Positions 1-10,640 of a stretch of 64,000 nt of DNA are shown here, piece after piece. This stretch comes from an uncultured delta proteobacterium (GTDB lineage Bacteria; Myxococcota_A; Polyangia; Polyangiales; Polyangiaceae). Location: contig CAVQUB010000015.1 of assembly GCA_963716725.1 (NCBI GenBank), positions 384,001 to 448,000 of the forward strand, read 5' to 3'. A program made the translations under genes and the position numbers. The first letter of the stretch is position 1; each line of letters opens with the position of its first letter. The notes below the pieces were generated by a model. The model was not told the origin of the DNA, did not search any database, and was given only the letters and a program-made list of their open reading frames with translations.

Positions 1-799
1 GAGCAAGCCGATCGAGATCGCGCGCCAAGACGTGCCCGAAGTACCTCGGCGTGCCCAAGTACCGTCTCGGCAAGAAGGAAGAGCGCGGACGAGATCGGCC
101 TGACCAACGGCCTGTCGGTCACCGACGTACGGCGGCGACATCTGCTCGACTGCGAGGTCTCGGTGGTGCCCGGCAAGGGCAAGCTCATGATCACCGGCCT
201 GCTCGAGAAGGGCATGGAGGAGAGCGCGCAGGCGGCGATGAGCTACGTCCGCTCGCGCGCGCGAGCGCTCGGCCTCGAGCCGGACTTCTACCAGAAGATC
301 GACGTCCACGTTCACTTCCCCGAGCTTCGTGCCGCAAGGACGGCCCGTCGCGCCGGCATCACCATGGCGACCAGCATCGCGCAGCGCGCTGACGCAAGGT
401 GCCGGTGCGGCGCGACGTGGCGATGACCGGCGAGATCACGCTGCGCGGTCGCGTGATGCCCATCGGCGGCCTCAAGGAGAAGCTGCTCGCCGCCCACCGC
501 AGCGGCATCAAGACCGTGCTCATCCCCAAGGAGAACCGCAAGGACCTGCGCGAGATCCCGCGCCGCGTGCTCAAGGCCATGCGCATCGTGCTCGTCGAGC
601 ACATGGACGAGGTGCTGCGCGAGGCGCTGGCGCTCGACCGATCCGGACAACGATGTTCGGCCCGCGCCGGCTGTTCATGGAGTACCGCGACGGCGAGCTC
701 GTCGGCTCCGAGGCGGGCTCACCCGCGCCGGCGGCGCCGCCGGTCACGCCGGTCGCGCCTGGCGACGACGCCCCGGGGCAGCAGCCTGGGATGACCTGA
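1..799 (+). CDS. lon: ATP-dependent Lon protease, C-terminal proteolytic domain (5' truncated by the window edge; several frameshifts)
   Basis: Lon motifs are spread over three frames: [29 protein letters not shown] (163..426), [43 protein letters not shown] (399..794), and a Pro-rich tail ending at TGA 797-799. Confidence 0.92.
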
Positions 800-848
800 G
801 CGGCTGACGGAGGCGCCCGACGAGCGCGTCCACGACGTCGACCGCCAC

Positions 849-1755
849 CTACACGTCTCGCGAAAGCGTGGCCAGGGCCCCGCGAAACCAGCGGTGTGCC
901 GGATCTCCGTGGGCCCGCTCGTGCCAGTACGCGACGAGCGTGAAGCCCTCGAGCTCGAGCGGCACGGGCCGCGCCACCGCCGGCAGGGAGGCCGCGTAGC
1001 TCTGCACCATTCGCTCGGGTCCGACCCACGCCAGATTGGTGACCGCCACCACGTGCGGCGCCACGAGGAACTGGGGCACCGTGAGCGCCACGCGCCGCCG
1101 CCGGCCCAGGGCTGCCAGCTTTGCGTCGACGTAGCTGCCGGGCGTGCCGCGAGGCGCGACCAGCAGGTGAGACAGCGCGCAGAACGCGGTCCAGATCCAG
1201 CTTCTTCCGGGTGGCAGGGTGCCCCTGGCGAAGCAGCGTCAAGAATCGCTCGCGGAACAGGGGCCTCGCGTGCAGCGAGGCGAAGGCCGCGTCCTTGGTC
1301 CCGAGGAACAGATTGATCGCGCCCTCGGTGAGCTGCCGCAACACGTCGGGTACGGCCACGGGACGGAGGACCAGGTCCACCGCGGGCGCGTCCTCCGCCA
1401 GCCGCGCGAGCAGCGGCGGCAAGAGGACGAAAGCGCCGAGATCCGCGCACGCCAGCGTGAACGTGCGCGCGCTCGTCTTGGCGTCGAAAGGCGCGGGCCC
1501 CGCGAGGGTGCGGCGCACGGCCTCCAGGGCCGATGCCAGCGGCGTGCGGAGCTGCTCGGCGCGCGGCGTGGTGCGCAGCCCCAGCGGCGTGCGCACGAAG
1601 AGCGGATCGCCCAGGAGCGTGCGCAGCCGGCCCAGCGCGTGGCTGGTGGCGGGCTGGCTCAGCCCCACCCGCTTGGCCGCCCGCGTGACGCTGCCCTCGG
1701 CCAGGAGCGCCTCGAGCACCACCAGGAGGTTCAGATTGACGGAGGATAGATTCAC
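849..1755 (-). CDS. LysR-family transcriptional regulator (one frameshift near 1188)
   Basis: N-terminal HTH NLNLLVVLEALLAEGSVTRAAKRVGLSQPATSHALGRLR...DPLFVR. The C-terminus YWHERAHGDPAHRWFR is in ORF 849..1091. Divergent from the oxidoreductase gene. Confidence 0.9.
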
Positions 1756-1771
1756 GGGATGAATGAGGAAG

Positions 1772-1795
1772 ATAGCATCCATCGATTGGCTGCAT
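1772..1795. promoter_or_regulatory. Candidate LysR T-N11-A boxes in the divergent intergenic region
   Basis: ATAG-N7-CGAT (1772-1786) and ATCG-N7-GCAT (1781-1795) lie between the LysR gene and its divergent neighbour. The motif is weak, so this is low confidence. Confidence 0.35.
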
Positions 1796-1844
1796 GCGGA
1801 CTCCGCGCGCATGGTTGCCTTCGAACCGGAGAGGAGTCTCGAAC

Positions 1845-2492
1845 ATGCGATATGGAGTGCTCGGTACAGGAACGGTCGGAGAGGCCATCGCCACCAAGCT
1901 CGTCAGCCTCGGCCACGAGGTGAAGATGGGCGCGCGCGACCCGAAGAACGAGAAGGCCGCCGTCTGGGTGGCCAAGCAGGGTGCGAAGGCGTCGCAGGGC
2001 ACCTTCGCCGACGCGGCCCGCTTCGGCGAGTTGCTGTTCAACTGCACGAGCGGCGCGGGCTCGCTCGACGCTCTGAAGGCGGCGGGGGAGGAGAACCTCT
2101 CGGGCAAGGTGCTGGTCGACATCTCCAACCCGCTCGACTTCTCCAAGGGCATGCCGCCCACGCTCTTCGTGTCCAACACCGACTCGCTGGGCGAGCAGAT
2201 CCAGCGCGCCTTCCCCAAGACGCACGTGGTCAAGACGCTCAACACGCTCAGCGCGCACCTGATGGTCGATCCGAAGAGCCTCGCCGGCGGCGATCACGAT
2301 CTCTTCATCAGCGGTAACGACGCGGACGCCAAGGGCAGGGTGAAGGAGCTGCTCGGGACCTTCGGTTGGAAGACCATCCACGATCTGGGCGACATCACCA
2401 CCGCCCGCGGGACGGAGTCCATCCTGCCCGTCTGGATTCGCCTCTGGGGCGCCCTCGGCGACGCCAACTTCAACCTCAAGATCGTGCGCTGA
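1845..2492 (+). CDS. NADP-dependent oxidoreductase, F420-dependent NADP reductase-like family
   Basis: Rossmann GVLGTGTVG, VDISNPL, VVKTLNT and IHDLGDI..ARGTE motifs. GAGGAG RBS precedes ATG 1845. Confidence 0.85.
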   Translation: MRYGVLGTGTVGEAIATKLVSLGHEVKMGARDPKNEKAAVWVAKQGAKASQGTFADAARFGELLFNCTSGAGSLDALKAAGEENLSGKVLVDISNPLDFSKGMPPTLFVSNTDSLGEQIQRAFPKTHVVKTLNTLSAHLMVDPKSLAGGDHDLFISGNDADAKGRVKELLGTFGWKTIHDLGDITTARGTESILPVWIRLWGALGDANFNLKIVR

Positions 2493-2569
2493 AGCCCGGG
2501 CCGCGCGGGCGGCGGCCGACCTTCCGGCGGGCCCAGACGGCGGTCCCGAGCCATGGTTCCGCAGTTGGC

Positions 2570-3250
2570 TCAGCCCGCGTTGGCAGGCGGGCAAGGCAGG
2601 TCGCGACGCGTCCCCGGCTGCACGCCGTCGTTGACGTCGCTCAGACCGATGCTGCCCCGTGACCACAGCGTGCGCTCGACCATGGCGCGGAACACCGCAA
2701 GCAGCGCGCGTTCGACGTCCGGCCCCGCGTCGCCTTCCAAGATCCGGAGCGCGCGCGCGATCGCTTCGAGGGTCGAGAGGCCCGCTCGGTGCGCTTCGGC
2801 GCGCAAGCGATACATCGATGGCTCGCCGGTGGGCAGCGTGACGCAGGGCACGTTGCCCAGTCCCGCCACGCGCTGGCGCACTTTCGAGGCCTGTCGCCAG
2901 TTACCGTCCGGCACAATCAGCGTCACTGGGCGATCGTCATCCGGAATGCGCGCCAGTGAAGCGAGCGGCAGCGCGCCTTCGTGTGGAAAGAGCAACAGCG
3001 GCCGCGTGCGAGGGCTCCAAGTGAGCGCGTCGTCGGGAGCGCCCCTGCGACCGCGCACGATACACCCACTGTTGGGCAGCGCCTCGGTGGCGATCCGCCC
3101 GGAGTTGGTCGGCTTATGCAGCTCGCGGTGGTGCGCTACCAGCACGACGCGCGTCCGCGTGTGCAAGCTGGGAATGAGCGCACATACGCACAGACTCATG
3201 TGCATCTGACACCGCGCGCAGCGGCTGGCGCTGTTGGCTCGCCGGCTCAT
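2570..3250 (-). CDS. DTW-domain protein (tRNA-uridine aminocarboxypropyltransferase, TapT/YfiP-like)
   Basis: N-terminal CxxC..CxC, HHRELHKPTNSG, LLFP, VPDGNWRQASK and LSTLEAIARAL. Confidence 0.85.
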   Translation of the reverse strand: MSRRANSASRCARCQMHMSLCVCALIPSLHTRTRVVLVAHHRELHKPTNSGRIATEALPNSGCIVRGRRGAPDDALTWSPRTRPLLLFPHEGALPLASLARIPDDDRPVTLIVPDGNWRQASKVRQRVAGLGNVPCVTLPTGEPSMYRLRAEAHRAGLSTLEAIARALRILEGDAGPDVERALLAVFRAMVERTLWSRGSIGLSDVNDGVQPGTRRDLPCPPANAG

Positions 3251-3357
3251 GGCACCGAGAGTAGCACCGAGTGTGGCCATGGGCGGCGGGTCCTGAGGAG
3301 CTCGACTCGGGGCGCACTCCCAAGCTGCACGCAGTGTTCATCGCCTCGGCGCAAGCG

Positions 3358-5427
3358 TTACTTGCCCAGTGCGCCCGCGAGCCCGGGCACGTGCGCCGCA
3401 CCGTCGGGCACCTGGATGCTGGAGCCTGCGAAGCCTTTGCCCAAGGGCTCCGCGTGTCCCTTCAAGCAGCCCGCCAGGAAGACCTCGGCCACCGCGTTGA
3501 AGCTGGTCCGGTTCTCGGGTCGCGCGAAGCCGTGCCCCTCGTCGGGGTAGAGCACGTACGTGACGGGGATCTTCTTCTGCTTCATCGCGGCCACGATCTG
3601 ATCGGACTCGGCCTGCTTGACCCGAGGGTCGTTGGCACCTTGGCCGATCAGCAGCGGGCGCTCGATCTTGGCGACGTGCGTCAAGGGCGAGCGCTCCGTC
3701 AGCAGTTTCTTGCCGGCGTCGGTGCGCATGTCGCCGACTCGCGTCAGGAACTCTTCCTTGAATGACTCCCAGTAGGGCGGGATCGACTCGAACAAGGTGT
3801 TCAGGTTCGAGGGCCCCACGATGTCCACGCCGCAGGCGAAGCTCTTGGGAGTGAAGGTGAGGCCGACCAGGGTGGCGTAACCGCCGTAGCTGCCGCCCAT
3901 GATGGCGACTTGATCTTGCCGAGTGACGCCGTGATCGACCGCCCACTTGACCGCATCGATCAGATCGTCGTGCATCTTGCCGGCCCACTCGAGATTGGAG
4001 GCGTTCACGAAGGCCTTTCCGAAGCCGGTCGACCCGCGATAGTTGACGCTGAGCACCGCATAGCCGCGATCAGCGAGCCACTGGTGATACGGGTGATAGC
4101 CCCAGCGGTCCCGCGCCCAGGGGCCGCCGTGCACGAAGAGCACCAGCGGGCTGGTCTTGTCGGCGCGCTCGGAGGCGTCCAGGCTGCGCTCGCGGGGCAG
4201 GGTGAGATAGCTCGGCAGCGCCAGGCCGTCGCGGGCCGCGATCAGCGCCGGGTGCATTCTGGCGAGCTGGTACTTGTCGAGCTCCGGCCGCTCGTTCATC
4301 AAGAGCCTGGCGCGCTTGGCTTTGCGATCCCACAGGTAGTAGCGGGTGGCCGAGGTATCGAGGGAGTAGGCGACGATCCAGCGTTGATCGTCCAGGGATT
4401 GACTGGTCACCTGAAAATCGCCCGGCGCGACGTCTTCGAGCGCGTCGAAGTCGGCCTTGATGCTCGGATCGATGACGGTCCACTCTTGGCGCAGCTGTTC
4501 GCTCGAGGCTGCCCGGGGCTTGTGCGTCAGCGGGTGGGTGAAGACGCCGAGCACGTCGGCCTTGGCGCTTTCTGCGAGGACCGTGGTCTTCTTGCCGGGC
4601 AACTCGACGCGTTCGAGCACGCTCTTGTCGCGGCCGACGCTGGTGGTCCAGTAGAGTTCTTTCCCGCTGCTGTCGAGGGTGACCAGGTTGGTATTGCGAG
4701 TGTCTTCGAAGGGGATCGACGCGTACTTCAGCCAGCGCTTGCCCTGCTTCTGGAGCATCGAGTAGCCGCCGCCCTTGGCGCTCTCGAGGGCGAAGCGCAG
4801 CGCCAGCTCGCTATCCGCGAGGTAGCTGGCCTTGCCCTCGTTCTTCTCGACCATCGTGAGCTTGCCCGTGGTGAGGTCGACGCGGTGCACGTCGTGCCAT
4901 TTCTTGTCGCGGTCGTTGATGCCGACCAGCAGCTCTTTGGGTTTCTTGGGGCTGGCCTGGACGATGCGCGCCTGCACGCCCTTGATCGGGGTCAGATCCC
5001 GCGCCTGATTGGTGGCGAGATCGACGCTGTACACGTGCCAGTTCTCGTCGCCGCCCTCGTCTTGGGCGTAGAGCACGTGGCCGTTGGTGTAGGCCCAAGC
5101 GTGCATGCGGATGCCGCGCTTCTTGTCGGTCGTGACGGGCTTGGCCTTCGCGAGATCGTCGACGGGCCCGACCCAGACGTTGAGCACGCCGTCGACCGGA
5201 GCGAGGAACGAGAGCTGCTTGCCGTCCGGGCTGATCCGCGGGCTGGTGCGCTCCGGGTTGCCGAAGAACACGTCGCGGGGGATGAGCTTGGGCGCCGGGG
5301 TCGCGACCGCAGGCGGCGGAGCGGGCGGAGAGGGCGCGGCGGGAACGGGCGCTTCCGCGGCCGGCGGCGCGCCGCAGGCGGACAGCGCGAGCAGGGTGGT
5401 CAGGGCAAACGCAGGGTGACGCGACAT
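3358..5427 (-). CDS. S9-family (prolyl oligopeptidase / dipeptidyl aminopeptidase) lipoprotein peptidase
   Basis: Lipobox LSAC, propeller N-terminus (ISPDGK), VHGGPW, NYRGSTGFG, catalytic GGSYGG, GANDPRV and DEGHG. Confidence 0.95.
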   Translation of the reverse strand: MSRHPAFALTTLLALSACGAPPAAEAPVPAAPSPPAPPPAVATPAPKLIPRDVFFGNPERTSPRISPDGKQLSFLAPVDGVLNVWVGPVDDLAKAKPVTTDKKRGIRMHAWAYTNGHVLYAQDEGGDENWHVYSVDLATNQARDLTPIKGVQARIVQASPKKPKELLVGINDRDKKWHDVHRVDLTTGKLTMVEKNEGKASYLADSELALRFALESAKGGGYSMLQKQGKRWLKYASIPFEDTRNTNLVTLDSSGKELYWTTSVGRDKSVLERVELPGKKTTVLAESAKADVLGVFTHPLTHKPRAASSEQLRQEWTVIDPSIKADFDALEDVAPGDFQVTSQSLDDQRWIVAYSLDTSATRYYLWDRKAKRARLLMNERPELDKYQLARMHPALIAARDGLALPSYLTLPRERSLDASERADKTSPLVLFVHGGPWARDRWGYHPYHQWLADRGYAVLSVNYRGSTGFGKAFVNASNLEWAGKMHDDLIDAVKWAVDHGVTRQDQVAIMGGSYGGYATLVGLTFTPKSFACGVDIVGPSNLNTLFESIPPYWESFKEEFLTRVGDMRTDAGKKLLTERSPLTHVAKIERPLLIGQGANDPRVKQAESDQIVAAMKQKKIPVTYVLYPDEGHGFARPENRTSFNAVAEVFLAGCLKGHAEPLGKGFAGSSIQVPDGAAHVPGLAGALGK

Positions 5428-5538
5428 GGGCGCGACGATGCGACGGTGTCGGCTGTGCGTCGAGGGGGAGCATGGGCCAACTCCCAGGCGATTTGCTTGT
5501 TGGGCCGGGCAGCGCTACGAGTGCCGCAGGAGGTCCTG

Positions 5539-6309
5539 ATGCGAGCGATCCATGTCTTGGCTTGGTGTGCGGTGGGCACGGTGGCGGTCGGCGCATGCGG
5601 TGGGCGGACCATGGGTGGGGACGACGGCGGCACCGGCGGCACGAGCGGTGGCGGCAGCGGCGGCAGCGGCGCCTTCGGTGGATCCATGGGCGGCGCGGCC
5701 GGCGGCGGCATGGCCGGCATGGCTGGCGGTGGCATGGCGGGTGCGGCCGGCGGCGGCATGGGTGGAGTGTCCGGCGATGGCGGCATGCCCGGCGGGGGCG
5801 GCATGCCCGGCGGGGGCGGCATGCCCGGCGGAGGCGGCATGCCCGGCGGAGGCGGGTCGACGTCGATCTGGCAGAAGGTCGACAAGGTCTGCGCCGCCAT
5901 CAGCAAGCTGCCGTGCAAGCTCCAGAACTGCTTCGGTGAGCTCGCGGACTCGGTGAAGATGGCCGAGAGCGAGGGTTGCGGCGGCGAGCTCGAAGACATC
6001 CTCGACTGCGCGCTCAAGTACCCGTTGATCTGCAAGGGCGGTGAGCCGGTGCTTCCCCCGCAGTGCGACAAGGCGCAGTACTACTTCGAGGAGTGCATCG
6101 GCAGCGGTCCCGGCTGCGACAGTTGGGGCTCGAGCGATGGCAGCTGCGGCATGTCGTGCAACTACTTCGACGTGTCGTGCAAGCCGCTGCCGAACGGCGG
6201 CCTTCAGTGCGTATGCGACACGGGGCCATCCAAGGGCAAGCTGTTCAAGATCGGGGGCTCGTGTGGCTCACCGAACTTCGAAAACGCCGTGACGAACTTC
6301 TGCGGTTGA
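5539..6309 (+). CDS. Hypothetical Cys-rich lipoprotein with Gly/Met/Pro repeat linker
   Basis: GGAGG RBS before ATG 5539, lipobox VGAC, GGGGMP repeats and a Cys-rich C-terminal domain. Confidence 0.75.
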   Translation: MRAIHVLAWCAVGTVAVGACGGRTMGGDDGGTGGTSGGGSGGSGAFGGSMGGAAGGGMAGMAGGGMAGAAGGGMGGVSGDGGMPGGGGMPGGGGMPGGGGMPGGGGSTSIWQKVDKVCAAISKLPCKLQNCFGELADSVKMAESEGCGGELEDILDCALKYPLICKGGEPVLPPQCDKAQYYFEECIGSGPGCDSWGSSDGSCGMSCNYFDVSCKPLPNGGLQCVCDTGPSKGKLFKIGGSCGSPNFENAVTNFCG

Positions 6310-6315
6310 GCGAGA

Positions 6316-7925
6316 TCAGCGTCGGCGCCGTCGCGAGGCGCCGAAGAGCGCCAAGATGGCCAGGGCCGTGAGGCTCGCGCCGCGCTGGCCGCCTGCGGTT
6401 CGACAGCCGCAGCCGTCGTCTTCGGCGGGAGTGGTCCCGGGCAGGTTGCCGGTGCCGCCGAGGGATCCGCCATCTTTGGCGCCGGCTCCGCCGCCGCCGC
6501 TGGCCGCGCTGCCGCCTCCGGATCCGCCGATCACGATGCCTCCGTCGCCGCTCGAGCCGCCGCTGCCGGTGCCCGCGTCGGTGTCGATCAGACATTGCCC
6601 TCCGCTGCAGGCCTGGCCCTTGGGGCAGATCGCACCCTGGCAGTCGTCCACGCAGGTGCCGGCCACGCAGTGAGTGCCCGCAGCGCAGCTCTGGGCGCTG
6701 CAGCCTGAGTCTTCGCATTTGCCGCTGGCGCTGACGCACTCCTTGCCCGCGGGGCAGGCGTCGCAGCCGCACTTCACCTTGCACACGCCGTCGATGCAGA
6801 CGAAGTCCGAATCGCACTTCACGGCCGCGCAGGGATCAGCACACACGCCCTCGACGCACTTCTGCCCGAAGGGACAGCTGACCCCGTCGCAGGCGCCTTG
6901 GCACTGACCGCCGACGCACACCTCGCCGGAGTTGCAGGTCACCGTCTCGCAGGCCGGATCGATGCACAGGCCGTCTTTGCACTTCAGGCCGCCGAAACAC
7001 TGAAACTCCGTCGTGCCGCACTTCGGCACGCAGGTGCCCTTGTGACAGATCTGACTGGGTGGACACAGATCTCCCTCGTCGGTCTGCCCGTTGCAGTCGT
7101 CGTCGAGGGCGTTGCAGCTCTCGGTGGTGGGCTGCCAGGTCTGCACGCACTCGAGCTTGCCGTTCTGGCACTGCATGATGCCGTTCTCGCACTTGCCCTG
7201 CTTTCCGGCCACTTTGCAGGGGTCACCGCCGCCCGAACACTGGATACCGTCCACTCGCGTGAGCAGATCGTCGAAGTCGTTGTCCCCGCCCGAGAGAGTA
7301 TCTTCCCAGCCAAAGTAGAACGAGTTCTTGTGCGCGACGCTGTTGTAAGTGATGAGGTGGACCCAGCTGTTCGGCCCGGTGTTGTCGGGGTTGTACGCTC
7401 GCTCCGAGTAGTAGATGTAGCCGACGGTTCCCGCGACCGGGCCGCCGCCGGGGTTGAATTGCGGACAGTTGCCGCTCGCGCCCTGGGGCGACGCCATGAA
7501 GAAGCCAATCTCGCCGCCCTTGTAGTGGGGGCTGGCCTTGATGCTGAGCACCTTCACCGTGCCCGGTCCGTCGCTGCATTCCAGGAAGGAGTGAGATCCG
7601 AGTTCGGGGGCTTCTGCCCGGCGACGACGTTGTACCAACCGAAGGTGTTCTTGTAGCCGGCGCCGCGCGCGATGACCTTGAAGGTCAGGCTACAGATGGG
7701 CGTGTAGGTCTCGGGCGTGACGGCTGCGGCCGTGAGCGCGTTGATGGTGGCGCTGCCTTCCTCGGCGTTGAGGCAGATCTGCACGTTCTTGTCGCTACAG
7801 GTGGTGACGCTGCCATCGAGCACAGGGATGGTGGTGCCGTTGGCCTGCTGCAGCGCCGCCGCATTGGGCGCCAGGCCAATCATCAGCAGTCCGAAGGGTA
7901 GGCCCGAAGCAATTCGCCCTCGCAT
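6316..7925 (-). CDS. Secreted DUF4114-like protein with MopE-type/Cys-rich repeats and MYXO-CTERM anchor (frameshift near 7594)
   Basis: Signal peptide and GAGYKNTFGWYN in ORF 7554..8039. FGWEDTLSGGDNDFDD, CNALDDDCNGQTDE and the terminal DGCGCR...ALAILALFGASRRRRR are in ORF 6316..7638. Confidence 0.8.
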
Positions 7926-8028
7926 GGACAAATGATGAGGGCAGGGGAGGCGCGGCTCAAGTCCGGACTTGTGCGCCGGAGCCGCCGGCGCGCTTGACCC
8001 CTCCGGGTCCCGCGGGCATTTCCCATCC

Positions 8029-9183
8029 ATGACAGCCAAGAGCTACGACGTCGTCCTCCTGCCGGGGGACGGCATCGGTCGTGAGATCGCGGTGCAGGCA
8101 CGTCGGGTGCTCGAGCGAGTGGGGCGCCGATTCGACCTGCGCTTCGCCATCGATGAAATCCCCTGTGGTGGGCAATATTTCCTCGAGCACGCCCGAGACT
8201 GGCCCGAAGGCTCCGAAGAGCGCTGCAGCAAAGCCGACGTGATCTTGCTGGGCGCCGTCGGCTGGCCTTCACCCAGCGGCAAAGGTCCCGTGATGATGCC
8301 CAACGGGCACATGGCGGGGTACTCGGCGGTGCTCGGCAATCGATCGCGCCTCGATCTCTACGCCAACATCCGCCCCGTGAAGTTGTACGAAGGCGTGCAG
8401 CATCGCATCTCGGGCCGCCACCAGCAGGTGTGGCGACCGGCCGACGTGGACATGGTGTTCGTGCGCGAGAACACCGAGGGCCTCTATTCCGGCATGGGCG
8501 GCACCCTGAGCCCTGGCGGGCGCTCGACCGTGGCGACCGACGTTCGGGTCATTACCCGCACCGCCTCCGAGCGAGTGATCCGCATGGCCTTCGAGCTGTC
8601 GAAGAAGCGCAACGGTGCGCCGAAGGACAAAAAGCGTCGCGTCACGGTGCTGGTGAAGAACAACGTGCTCAACGGTTGCCGTCTGTTCGCCGAGGTCTTT
8701 GACGAGATCGGCCGCGACTACCCCGAGATCGAGAAGGACGTCGCCATCGTCGACGCTTTCACGCAATGGCTGCTCGGACAGCCCGAGTATTACGACGTGG
8801 TGGTGTCCACCAACATGTTCGGGGACATCGTGACGGATCTCGCCTCGGTGCTCCAAGGTGGCATGGGGCTGGCCGTGGGCTGCAACGTCGGCGACCGGCA
8901 CGCGATGTTCGAGCCGATCCACGGCTCCGCACCCAAGCACGCGGGGCAGGACAAGGCCAACCCCATGGCGATGATCCTGTCCACCGGCGAGGCCCTGCGC
9001 TGGCTCGGCGCCCAGCGCAACGATCCGAGCCTGGTCCGCGGCGGCGACGCCATCGAGGCCGCGGTGCGCGCGGTGGTTGCGACCGGCAAGTCGCTCACCT
9101 ACGACCTGGTTGGAGCGGATCGGGCCGCGAAGATGTCCGAGACCACCAGCGCGATCCTGACCGAGATCGACGCGCAGCTATGA
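8029..9183 (+). CDS. Isocitrate/isopropylmalate/tartrate dehydrogenase family protein
   Basis: LLPGDGIGREI, LYANIRPVK, VRENTEGLY, NMFGDIVTD and FEPIHGSAPKHAGQDKANPMAMILS. Confidence 0.93.
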   Translation: MTAKSYDVVLLPGDGIGREIAVQARRVLERVGRRFDLRFAIDEIPCGGQYFLEHARDWPEGSEERCSKADVILLGAVGWPSPSGKGPVMMPNGHMAGYSAVLGNRSRLDLYANIRPVKLYEGVQHRISGRHQQVWRPADVDMVFVRENTEGLYSGMGGTLSPGGRSTVATDVRVITRTASERVIRMAFELSKKRNGAPKDKKRRVTVLVKNNVLNGCRLFAEVFDEIGRDYPEIEKDVAIVDAFTQWLLGQPEYYDVVVSTNMFGDIVTDLASVLQGGMGLAVGCNVGDRHAMFEPIHGSAPKHAGQDKANPMAMILSTGEALRWLGAQRNDPSLVRGGDAIEAAVRAVVATGKSLTYDLVGADRAAKMSETTSAILTEIDAQL

Positions 9184-9220
9184 CTCGCGCCTTGGCGCTG
9201 CGATCGAACACTCCGTCGCC

Positions 9221-10471
9221 GTGGACAACCTGACCCACATCCTCGCGGGGCTCATCGCTGCCGAGGTCGTGACGCGGGTGCGCGCGCGCAAGCTCGAACC
9301 GCGCACCGAGTGGGTGCGAGCGGCGTACTTTGCCAGCGCGCTTGCCAACAACGTGCCCGATCTGGACTTCGCCTACGTCGGCATCAGCGGCCAGAAGCTC
9401 GGCTACCTACTCCACCACCGCGGTCACACTCACACGCTGCTCGGGGGAGTGCCGCTCGGCCTCGTCGCGCTCGCGCTGGTCTACGCCTGGGCGCGGCGCC
9501 GCAAGCACGCCTTCGACCGCGCGGACTGGCTCTGGCTCGGGGCGCTCTCGCTCTTCGGCCCGCTGCTCCACCTGTTCATGGACTCCTGGAACAGCTATGG
9601 GGTGCACCCCTTCTGGCCCTTCGACAACCGCTGGTTTTACGGGGACCGCGTCTTCATCGTCGAGCCCCTGTTTTGGGCGGCGGCCCTGCCGTCGCTGTTC
9701 TTGGCGGCCGGCTCCCGGGGCGGCAAGACCGCGCTGGCTTTGTGGCTGAGCCTCACCGTGCTGCTGCCTTTCGTGAGTCGCATGGTGCCGCTGGCGATCT
9801 GCGTCTTCGTCCTGGTCTGGGTGGTGGGTGCTCTCGCGCTGCTCGCGCGGGCGACCGCCGCCCGCCGAGTCGCGGTCGCGTTGGGCAGCACCCTGGCAGT
9901 GCTGGCGGTGTTTGGCCTGGCCAAGCCGCAGGCGGAGGCCAAGGCGCGCGCGCGGCTCGCGGCGCAGTATCCCGATGAAACGTTGCACGACCTGGTGCTC
10001 AGCCCCAATCCAGCGAACCCTGCCTGCTTCCAGTTCTTGGCGGTGCAGACCGGCCCCGCGGGCAGCTACGCGCTCCGTAGCGGTCGGCTCTCGCTCGTCC
10101 CCGCGCTCATCGCCGCCGACGCCTGCCAGATGCGCGCTGGTTCGCCCACCGCACCGCTCCGAGCCGTCGCCGCCACGAACACCCGCGACGTAGTGATCGA
10201 GCGCGAGTTCGTCGCGAGCGTGTCGGAGCTCCAGAGCCTGGCGCGGCAGAGCTGCGAAGTGGCGGCTTTCTTGCGCTTCTCGCGGGCGCCGTTCTGGACC
10301 GACCAGCCCGGGACGGGGCTGATTGTCGGCGATCTGCGCTACGATCGCGAGCCCGGGATCGGATTTGCGGAGCTGGTCGCGGAGCGCACGCCGCGCACCT
10401 GCCCGAGCTTTGTCCCGCCCTGGGATCCGCCGCGCAGCGACGTGCTCGCGCTGCCGGCATCGGGGCCGTGA
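9221..10471 (+). CDS. Membrane-bound metal-dependent hydrolase (YdjM-like)
   Basis: DNLTH, PDLD, HHRGHTHT and HLFMDSWNSYGVHPFWP, plus several hydrophobic segments. Confidence 0.85.
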   Translation: MDNLTHILAGLIAAEVVTRVRARKLEPRTEWVRAAYFASALANNVPDLDFAYVGISGQKLGYLLHHRGHTHTLLGGVPLGLVALALVYAWARRRKHAFDRADWLWLGALSLFGPLLHLFMDSWNSYGVHPFWPFDNRWFYGDRVFIVEPLFWAAALPSLFLAAGSRGGKTALALWLSLTVLLPFVSRMVPLAICVFVLVWVVGALALLARATAARRVAVALGSTLAVLAVFGLAKPQAEAKARARLAAQYPDETLHDLVLSPNPANPACFQFLAVQTGPAGSYALRSGRLSLVPALIAADACQMRAGSPTAPLRAVAATNTRDVVIEREFVASVSELQSLARQSCEVAAFLRFSRAPFWTDQPGTGLIVGDLRYDREPGIGFAELVAERTPRTCPSFVPPWDPPRSDVLALPASGP

Positions 10472-10640
10472 GCTCGAGATTTCGAGCTGGTGAAAGGCCT
10501 CCGCCAGCGCGGGGGCGTCGCCGTCTCCAGTGCAAGGCTGCGCGCCCCGGTCCTGACCGGCGATAGATGGGCCAGATCGTCCCGTTGTCTGCGAATGCTG
10601 ACTTGCGCTGACCCCTCGGCGGCGGCTACTGGTGGTGATC

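Noticed and set aside
3910..5538. 799-aa ORF 3910..6309
   Set aside because: The first part is antisense to the S9 peptidase. An RBS and lipobox support a start at 5539.
5780..5855. 18-bp tandem repeats, and similar arrays at ~21370-21480, ~37080-37310, ~40200-40520 and ~60290-60500, as possible CRISPR arrays
   Set aside because: They have no unique spacers, unit lengths are multiples of 3, and they encode Gly/Pro/Thr linkers inside CDSs. No cas genes are present.
8029..9183. Assigning leuB
   Set aside because: The family is clear but substrate specificity cannot be read by eye, and no leu genes are adjacent.
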